Positions 1 through 6,506 of a DNA stretch of 6,506 nt are shown here, one piece after another (within the stretch, counting starts at the first letter, position 1; every line of letters starts with the position of its first letter). Under the pieces are notes generated by a model. The model was given only the letters and a program-made list of their open reading frames with translations, was not told the origin of the DNA and made no database searches. The DNA lies in NCBI GenBank assembly GCA_018985225.1, contig JADGIF010000575.1:1-6506 (forward strand), written 5' to 3'. Source of the stretch: Amoeboradix gromovi X-113 (lineage: Eukaryota > Fungi > Sanchytriomycota). The position numbers and the translations under genes were made by a program.

Positions 1-133
1 TTTTCCTTTTATACTCGTCAACTCCGCAACTAGCTGAATGTCCACTCGCTTCTTAAATAATGTTCCAAGTTGTTACAGAAAGTTAGTCCAGTTTTTATAT
101 TTGATGTCCCAATTGTTTTTCAAACTTTGTTCT

Positions 134-1655
134 ATGGGTAAGCAACTAAAATCTAATAAACCAAAGATGTCACAATCTTTCGCCATAGGTTTGCTTATCC
201 TGTTGTATGCATGTCAAGGCATTCCTATAGGACTTGTATTTGGGACCATTAATATATTATTAAAGAAGTTTTTAAGTTATAGCGAACTAGCTGTTTTTAG
301 CTTAGCGAGCTACCCGTATTCGCTTAAACTATTTTGGAGTCCATTTGTAGATGCATTCTATATTAAGGGCAAAAGAAGAAGGTCTTGGATTGTGCCCATA
401 CAAATAATTATGGGTGTTCTGTTATACTTTACCAGTTTTCACATCGATTCCATGATTCCGTCTGATGACTTTAAAGATCATACTGGATTCAACATCAACA
501 CATTTACAGCATTCTGGTTCTTTGTCATATTACTAGCAGCTACCCAGGATATCGCAGTAGATGCATTGGCACTCACTATATTAGACGAGGAGAACAAATC
601 ATACGCTAGCACATGCCAGACTATTGGAATCAATATAGGTTATTTTACTTCATTTACTATATTTATGGCATTAAACAGTGTACCATTCTCTCAAGGATAT
701 GTGTACTACTATTTGTACGACAAAGAATTGATACCAAAAGATCCCATACTAACATTGGGAGAGTACATATATGGCTGCTCTATAATATACATAGTGTCAG
801 GCTTTGCACTAATGTTTGTCAAGGAACCATTATTGGAGGAAGAAATGAGCGTAGTTGGTATTTATAACGAAATGATTAACATTTGCAAAGTGAAGCACAT
901 TAAGCAGTTTATTGTTTTTTTGCTGATTAACAAAATCGCATTTATCTGCCAGGATACTATAACTGCATTAAAATTGATGGACAAGGGGTTTAAACAAGAG
1001 GACCTGGCTTTGGCTGTTCTAATTGATTTCCCAATTCAAATGATCTTGGGGGTGTATATTGCCAGGTTATCCAGTGGCAATAAACCATTAAAACCGGTAG
1101 TTAAAACTAACATAGTGGAAGTTTGCATACATTGGTAGGTTGTTGATGGCATTTGCGATTCCTCTTTTTGTGTATTATATACCAGTACAGGATACATTAA
1201 GCACTGGTTATTTCATTCTTGTAATCCTTTGTACTATTTCTTCGTCATTCTTTAGTAATTCTCAGTTTGTATCTATAAGTGCCTTTATTTCACAAGTTGC
1301 TGATCCTCGTATTGGTGGCACGTATACTACCTTATTAAACACGTTCTCTAATCTCGGTGGCACATGGCCAAAGTTCTTTGTATTGGAACTAGTAGACTAT
1401 TTCAGTGTTAAGCAATGTTTTGTAAATAATAAAGCCATTGGATCGTGCATAACAAATGTTGAACAAATAGAATGTAAGCATTCCGATGGGGCTTGCACCA
1501 CGCTAGTAGATGGATACTACTCTGTTGCACTTTCTAGCGTGTTCATAGGGTTATTAATATATGGATTCTTCATTAACCATCACGTAGACTACATTCAATC
1601 TATCAGTAAAAATGATTGGAAACTGAAGAACATAAACGATAAAAAAAATAAATAA
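134..1655 (+). CDS. SLC33A1: MFS acetyl-CoA transporter (SLC33A1/AT-1/Acatn family); two exons, join(134..1096,1116..1655), about 500 aa
   Basis: Family motifs occur in both track ORFs. In 38..1138: LLYACQGIPIGL, FSLASYPYSLKLFWSPFVDA, RRRSWIVPIQ, LAATQDIAVD, YASTCQTIGINIGYF, DLALAVLIDFP. In 1140..1655: ADPRIGGTYTTLLNTFSNLGGTWP, DGYY. Removing 1097-1115 joins them in frame as ...KPLKP|WKFAYIGRLLMAF.... ATG 134 (MGKQLK) is preferred as the start; in-frame ATGs at 38, 104 and 167 are alternatives. Confidence 0.92.
1097..1115 (+). other. Ultra-short (19 nt) GT-AG spliceosomal intron, phase 0
   Basis: GTAGTTAAAACTAACATAG has a GT donor, a branch-point-like ACTAAC (1106-1111) and a TAG acceptor. 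Excision restores the frame between the two halves of the transporter; retention hits TAG at 1136-1138. A 16-nt alternative using the GT at 1100 is also in frame. Confidence 0.85.
1647..1652 (+). terminator. Putative polyadenylation signal AATAAA of the transporter gene
   Basis: AATAAA lies within the last codons, directly before the TAA stop (1653-1655). Confidence 0.5.
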
Positions 1656-1664
1656 CTGACTGTA

Positions 1665-1670
1665 TTTATT
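1665..1670 (-). terminator. Putative polyadenylation signal AATAAA of UBA1
   Basis: TTTATT on + is AATAAA on -, directly after the UBA1 TAG stop (1671-1673). Confidence 0.55.
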
Positions 1671-4553
1671 CTATTCTTGCATTGCGCTGTCATCTCTGAA
1701 TCGCAGTATAATACTTGGCAACTCTTCTACATCCTCTCCATCTTCCCCATTTGCACAGCATTCCAAAATCAACTGCTCAACATCCTTGCTAATCTCTGCT
1801 TTCTGGACTTGCTCAATGATCTTAGTAACCTTCATATTTCTTCGTTCTTCCACTTTCTGTTTGTTCATGAAAAATGAGTACAACATGCTAACCCCGCTGC
1901 TGAGCATTGTAATCTCTAACTTGTATTTACTCTTTAAAATACTTAACAACTCGTGCAATGTCACATCGCCATGGATGATAAACTTGTCCCACAGATTAAA
2001 TTCTACGTTGTTGTACTTGTATGTCGGTGGTGCAATTGGTTCTGCAAATCCAAAAAAAGGCAGCGCCAAATTGATAAATCCATTCTTAAATTGTTCCAGT
2101 TTGCATTGCAGCACTATCTTGATCATCTCCAGCACCACTAACCCACTTGTTGTGGCTGTTGTAGTAGCAATAGCTGGTATAATTTTACCACTAATTTTCT
2201 TTGTTGTGTATTTATCAACTGCCTCTATATCGTAATTGCTAGCTCGCAAGTTGCTTGCAACATTAATAAAATCAACATGGTGGTTACTGTCATCATCCTT
2301 TTCGAACTCCAGCGAGTATAACTTCAGCTCAACACGCTTAGGAAACTCCACATTATCCAAGTGATGGTTACTTGGTGCTGATGTGTCCTTTACATCAGTG
2401 CTTATTTTAAGGCCTTGTTTAGGTACAAATTCTGGAATAATCATAGAGCCAATTACTTCTGAAATATCAATATCATTTTCAACACTAATGTTATATGTCG
2501 AAGCTCTCAACTTGCTGGCGTACTCAATAAACGAGAAATGAGCCTTGTTGCTGATATCAAAGACTAACGGATGAGGCGCACGTTTAGGCACAGTCCAGAA
2601 CAAATGTCCCTGGCTGGTTGTAGAGTCAATAGGGAAGTTGAAGAGTAGTTGTTTGATTGAGTTACTAAAATGTTCCTCAAATTGTAGTCTAGCCCATTGG
2701 ATACACTCAGTCCAGCTAGAACATTTATTCTGGATAATGTCAATATAATATGGTAAGCTTTCATTTAGGCCTGGCTGACCATTAATGTAAAGAGTAGATT
2801 CAGCAGGTCCCTTATTAAAGCAGCCTTCAAACAGATTTAAACCCCATTGAATAGTGTGCTCAATTTTGTTTGGAAAGTTGTGCAAAGTACACATTGGAAT
2901 AGACTCCTCCTGTGGATCATTACTGCTAGTGAATGATTCAGTTTTATTTGGCAAGATCACTTGAATGTTACCTTTTGTGCCCAGAGTACCTGATTCCAGC
3001 AACGGCTTGTTATGCAATACGCATTGGCCATCCATGTATCTTCTAGCTTCCCAATTATCCAAGGCGTTTAATACGATGTCAACTGATTTATAAAATGGAA
3101 GATTAAAAATGGACTGACTCTCTTTTCCTACTCTATCTGACTTTGCAACAATATTTAAGTCGGGGTTCATTTTAAGAATAGCTGATTTAGCGGTAGTTGA
3201 CTTCAGTTTACCGACATCCCATGATCGGAATAGAAATTGACGATTTAAGTTGCTCTTTTCAATAGTATCCATATCTGTAATTGTTATATGCGATGTTCCT
3301 AGCATGGCCATATTTTTAAGCAACTCACACCCGATTGCACCACTTCCGACTATGAATAACTTTAATTCTTGGATATCCTTAAGTAATGGACCAAATAACA
3401 AGGACTGGTAATAGTACCTAGAGTTAGCATCAAGAACAGAATCTTTTACGTCGCTAGCTAGCTCAGAACAATCAAAGTAAAACCATTGTGTAATAGGAGT
3501 AAATTTGTTGGATATCTTCTTAAGTGCTTCCTGTGCAGCTATGCCGCCAATAATACCATACATGGGTGGACATTGGCCATGAATACCTTTGATAAACATA
3601 TCTACTATATCTGTATTCAGCTCAATCTTAAAATACTCTGCACTGCGATTTAAGACAGTTTTAAATTCAGTTACGTTGAATTCCTTGTTAGAATAATAAT
3701 ACTCAGTTAAACTAACAAATAGGCAGTGCAAGGTGTCCTGCTTATCAATTTTCGCAAAATCGCTAACCAAATATTCTGGTTTAGCCATTGACTCTTTGAA
3801 TGTCTTGTGGTTTACAGTGATCGATTGTTTTACTTGAGTAAATAAACCGCCTTTGATGTACTGCCCTTTGCATTCACAGTCAATCGAAAAAGAGTATGGA
3901 GATTTAGTGTTGGACACCTTATAGGTCTTATTAATATCTAGACCAACAACTTCGGATAAACGTACCACATCACCAACCTGTAAGTGATGGCGATGCTCCT
4001 CTACCAGGAATATATCAGCAATACCATCATTGAAGATGATGTTACTAATCATATCTGACTTGACTTCTTCACCATTAGGATCCGCAACAAGATGGGAACC
4101 AAAATCACAAAATATCTGAGAAAAGAAACCATTAACCAAGGCAAGCACAACCTTGGATTCAGCCCATTCTAAGACTTTATAGTGAGGGATAGTACATATT
4201 ACAACGTCAAAAGATTTAACAGCTTCCTGTAATAGATCTACTGTATCTATAGGAACATATGGATTTAATTCACTAAGAGCACGCTGAAGAACAGTAACAC
4301 AATTCTTACCGATATCTGACTCAGTATAATAGTAGTTGCAGCCTAAATCGGGCATAGTGATCTTATCTTGAGAATTGGCCAGGGTTAAAGAGTGTACACC
4401 ACTTAAGCAAACATTCTTTGCGATTTCCAAGGCGAGAGGACCATGTCCTACCAGTAAAACCTTGGCTGTTAGCATTTTGTTCATAGCTTCGTGACCCAAA
4501 ACATACAGTTGTCGTGAATAAAGAGACTCGTCAATGGTTTGAGATTGAGACAT
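1671..4553 (-). CDS. UBA1: Ubiquitin-activating enzyme E1, 960 aa, intronless
   Basis: Shows IDESLYSRQLYVLG at the N-terminus, the ATP-binding GSGAIGCELLKN (GSGAIG at 3330-3347), DMDTIEKSNLNRQFLFR, LESGTLGTKGN, the catalytic PMCTLHNFP (Cys codon 2889-2891, residue 555), FEKDDDSNHH, IIPAIATTTA and a C-terminal ubiquitin-fold domain (LWDKF...SMLYSFF...LECC). Confidence 0.97.
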   Translation of the reverse strand: MSQSQTIDESLYSRQLYVLGHEAMNKMLTAKVLLVGHGPLALEIAKNVCLSGVHSLTLANSQDKITMPDLGCNYYYTESDIGKNCVTVLQRALSELNPYVPIDTVDLLQEAVKSFDVVICTIPHYKVLEWAESKVVLALVNGFFSQIFCDFGSHLVADPNGEEVKSDMISNIIFNDGIADIFLVEEHRHHLQVGDVVRLSEVVGLDINKTYKVSNTKSPYSFSIDCECKGQYIKGGLFTQVKQSITVNHKTFKESMAKPEYLVSDFAKIDKQDTLHCLFVSLTEYYYSNKEFNVTEFKTVLNRSAEYFKIELNTDIVDMFIKGIHGQCPPMYGIIGGIAAQEALKKISNKFTPITQWFYFDCSELASDVKDSVLDANSRYYYQSLLFGPLLKDIQELKLFIVGSGAIGCELLKNMAMLGTSHITITDMDTIEKSNLNRQFLFRSWDVGKLKSTTAKSAILKMNPDLNIVAKSDRVGKESQSIFNLPFYKSVDIVLNALDNWEARRYMDGQCVLHNKPLLESGTLGTKGNIQVILPNKTESFTSSNDPQEESIPMCTLHNFPNKIEHTIQWGLNLFEGCFNKGPAESTLYINGQPGLNESLPYYIDIIQNKCSSWTECIQWARLQFEEHFSNSIKQLLFNFPIDSTTSQGHLFWTVPKRAPHPLVFDISNKAHFSFIEYASKLRASTYNISVENDIDISEVIGSMIIPEFVPKQGLKISTDVKDTSAPSNHHLDNVEFPKRVELKLYSLEFEKDDDSNHHVDFINVASNLRASNYDIEAVDKYTTKKISGKIIPAIATTTATTSGLVVLEMIKIVLQCKLEQFKNGFINLALPFFGFAEPIAPPTYKYNNVEFNLWDKFIIHGDVTLHELLSILKSKYKLEITMLSSGVSMLYSFFMNKQKVEERRNMKVTKIIEQVQKAEISKDVEQLILECCANGEDGEDVEELPSIILRFRDDSAMQE

Positions 4554-4708
4554 ATTGTTTTGAAAAATAATATAATATTAGTGCCAAATACCTTACAAAA
4601 ATACAAAAAGTTTTGACACCTACTTGTCTCTAATCTTGGGCACTGTGAATTTGAACATGTCGTGTAATCCAATGTGTTTCTACAACGGTAAAGCCACACT
4701 TGATTCAC
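4554..4708. promoter_or_regulatory. Divergent, probably bidirectional promoter region between UBA1 and the 7TM-RGS gene
   Basis: Only 155 bp separate the head-to-head ATGs at 4553 (-) and 4709 (+). The region has AT-rich tracts. Confidence 0.6.
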
Positions 4709-5947
4709 ATGGACATTCTCGGAGCTCTAGTGTTTTTGTTCGCGACTTTTAGATTTATATTTCCTGCTATAATGCTAAAGAATAGAAAATATCCTTATTT
4801 CTATCATAGAAGACCAATACTTGTTACCTCTATTTGTATTTCTCAAGGAGCATTACTAGTATGTCTAGCCCCACCTCACACATTCGGAAAGCCCTGGAAC
4901 AGCGTAGATGGTCTAGATTTGAATTACTGTCTAGCATTGCGGATTATTGGCATTTTGAACTTGTTTACTTTTGCTGTATGCATGTCGGTAAGAAGTACTT
5001 TAGTTATCTGTTCTAACGTTAAGTCAGTGCTAATGAACGAGGATTCTTATAAACTCTCTGTTTTGGGATTGAATGTTACCATTCGAAAATTCAGTAGATT
5101 TTTTGATGAAAAATTCATTGCCTTATATGGCGTTTTGTATTTCCTAACTCTGCTAAATGTATTTTATTGGAGTCAAGATGCGAATGCCGCTCCTTTGAAA
5201 TATTCTGCTAATATCCCATTTTGTGCTTTATTTCAAGATAATAGCAGGGAGTCTATGTTTGTTTTGACAATAATTTGCACCTCTGTTGAAATTTTGCTAA
5301 TAATAATGCTCCGTTCGGTTAGTGATAACTTTCATATCTCAAGGGAATCGATATGTTGCATTATATCCACTTTTGTTTTTGGCATTGCTACAGCGGCTAG
5401 TGATAGTTACGTTAGTTCAGATCGTAGGCTGACGGTGTACAATTGGCTAGTGTTTGGAACAGGCCAGGCAATAGAAGCATTTATAATGTATCTTCCTGTG
5501 TTTTCCTTTTATTACTCACATTATAGGAGAAACAAGAACGAATCATCCACAGTAATCGAAGTAATACTTTCCAACACCCAGGATTTCAACAGTTTTTTGA
5601 AATATTTAACTAGAGAATGGGCCAGCGAGAATTTACTGTTTTTGAAAGCCATTTTAGATTTAAAGATGGCTACTGACTGCGAAGATATTTCTAAGCGGTC
5701 AGAATTAATAGCCGATAAATTTATAAGGGACGGAAGTTATTATCAAATTAACTTACCGGCTAATATTAAAACTGACTGTATACAAAAGATTAACAATGGG
5801 GATTATGAGCATGCGTTTGTTGGATCATATTTTCACGTCAAAGAGCTATTGGAATGCGATTCCCTTCCACGATTTATTTTTGAGAGACAGCCTGAAAGCT
5901 ACCAGTCCATGAATACTCTCAAGAGTAAAGATACTGTCAGAACTTGA
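4709..5947 (+). CDS. 7TM-RGS protein: seven-transmembrane receptor-like domain fused to a C-terminal regulator of G-protein signalling domain (AtRGS1/GprK-like architecture), 412 aa
   Basis: Seven hydrophobic segments by eye, with RKYPYFYHRRP after TM1, Cys at the top of TM3 (NYC) and in loop 2 (IPFC), and LRSVSDNFHISRE between TM5 and TM6. The RGS box spans about 5555-5878: FLKYLTREWASENLLF, KFIRDGSYYQINL, VKELLECDSLPRF. The first ATG is 4709; the track start at 4700 is a TTG. Confidence 0.88.
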   Translation: MDILGALVFLFATFRFIFPAIMLKNRKYPYFYHRRPILVTSICISQGALLVCLAPPHTFGKPWNSVDGLDLNYCLALRIIGILNLFTFAVCMSVRSTLVICSNVKSVLMNEDSYKLSVLGLNVTIRKFSRFFDEKFIALYGVLYFLTLLNVFYWSQDANAAPLKYSANIPFCALFQDNSRESMFVLTIICTSVEILLIIMLRSVSDNFHISRESICCIISTFVFGIATAASDSYVSSDRRLTVYNWLVFGTGQAIEAFIMYLPVFSFYYSHYRRNKNESSTVIEVILSNTQDFNSFLKYLTREWASENLLFLKAILDLKMATDCEDISKRSELIADKFIRDGSYYQINLPANIKTDCIQKINNGDYEHAFVGSYFHVKELLECDSLPRFIFERQPESYQSMNTLKSKDTVRT

Positions 5948-5949
5948 GA

Positions 5950-5955
5950 AATAAA
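5950..5955 (+). terminator. Putative polyadenylation signal AATAAA of the 7TM-RGS gene
   Basis: AATAAA starts 2 nt after the TGA stop (5945-5947). Confidence 0.55.
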
Positions 5956-6380
5956 AAGCTAGTCTGATTAACTTTCACAGTACCACACTGTATTTTATCT
6001 TGCAGAGATTAGGAGAAGCACTTCTGTTATCGTTTCTTCTCTGTCCAGCTGGCACTTGCCGATAACAAGGCTGGGATGATCTGCTTGTTGTAATTGTAAG
6101 TGTCTGCTATAAAGCCATTTTCATTATTCATGGATACCGAAGATGAATTAATTACGCAGCTCTGCTGTATCCTACTTTGCAATATATAGTACTAAATAAA
6201 TTTATTGTTAATCGTATTAGACCTGTTGAAAATGCTTTGTCTAGTTCTTATATTTGATACCTCGAGTGTCGATATTTTAATTTTGTAGAATAAATTATTT
6301 ATCGAGAATTGGTATGTATTTCTATATAATTCCAAGACTTTTACAATACCTTAAATACTCGATATTCTTCATTTTCACAA

Positions 6381-6506
6381 ATGGTAAATGTAATCCTGAA
6401 TGTCAAATCTAAAGAAACAACTAATAGTTACAGTACACGCTCACCAACGTTGAGGAACTGGCCCAGGAATAAACTATTAGATGTCTTGCAACCCATCTTC
6501 AAAAGA
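6381..6506 (+). CDS. Possible 5' end of a hypothetical protein running off the window (MVNVILNVKSKETTNSYSTRSPTLRNWPRNKLLDVLQPIFKR...)
   Basis: There are 42 open codons from the ATG to the window end, after an AT-rich tract and the TTTTCACAA motif also seen before the other starts. No homology recognised. Confidence 0.3.
   Translation, partial: MVNVILNVKSKETTNSYSTRSPTLRNWPRNKLLDVLQPIFKR

Noticed and set aside
38-133. N-terminal extension from ATG 38
   Set aside because: It has no family similarity and crosses AT-rich, promoter-like sequence. It is probably upstream of the true start, though not excluded.
138-166. Intron-like GTAAGC...CTAAT...AAAG (29 nt)
   Set aside because: Splicing it would put ATG 134 out of frame, and the unspliced frame is open. 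It could only work as a 5' UTR intron before ATG 167, for which there is no evidence.
613-867. 84-aa alternate-frame ORF
   Set aside because: It is nested in the conserved transporter CDS and has no recognisable features.
1138-1140. Two separate adjacent genes, a pseudogene, or a programmed frameshift between ORFs 38..1138 and 1140..1655
   Set aside because: They are the N- and C-terminal parts of one transporter, and the second ORF starts at TTG. A GT...CTAAC..AG intron explains the break with no other lesion.
1677-2764. ORFs 1677..1877, 1786..2235 and 1953..2141 (+) and 2564..2764 (-)
   Set aside because: These are antisense or alternate-frame shadows of UBA1 with no motifs.
4580-4588. 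AGTGCCAAA resembling the yeast Rpn4/PACE site GGTGGCAAA upstream of UBA1
   Set aside because: It has two mismatches in 9 nt, and there is no evidence of Rpn4 in this lineage.
4481-5016. ORFs 4481..4708 (-) and 4834..5016 (+)
   Set aside because: They are short, overlap real genes or the promoter, and show no recognisable homology.
6035-6044. ACAGAGAAGA on the - strand, resembling the U6 snRNA ACAGAGA box
   Set aside because: It is not followed by the invariant TTAGC catalytic triad and internal stem-loop.
6076-6110. SECIS-like ATGA-N12-AA downstream of a TGA-ending gene
   Set aside because: There is no good helix II and no 3' GA quartet partner, and it lies beyond the likely poly(A) signal.
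6312-6433. Plus-strand intron candidates GTATGT...AAG (6312-6336) and ATG|GTAAAT...CTAATAG (6384-6427)
   Set aside because: I could not build a consistent open gene model. Splicing 6384-6427 gives a stop after 15 codons, while the unspliced frame stays open.

Overview
This is AT-rich, very gene-dense eukaryotic nuclear DNA that looks fungal/opisthokont, probably an early-diverging, compact-genome lineage (taxonomy inferred, not established). It holds three complete genes. (1) A + strand MFS acetyl-CoA transporter of the SLC33A1/AT-1 family; the ORF track shows it as two ORFs, but it reads as one gene split by an ultra-short 19-nt spliceosomal intron (1097-1115, GTAGTTAAAACTAACATAG). (2) An intronless, compact ubiquitin-activating enzyme E1 (UBA1) on the - strand, convergent with the transporter across only 15 bp. 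(3) A 7TM-RGS protein (seven-helix receptor-like domain fused to an RGS GAP domain), divergent from UBA1 across 155 bp. All three genes have AATAAA abutting the stop codon and a TTCA-containing motif just before the likely ATG. The last ~560 bp are not well explained and may include the start of a fourth gene. I found no mobile elements, CRISPR arrays, tRNA or rRNA. The main points of interest are the tiny intron, the compact expression signals and the 7TM-RGS fusion.
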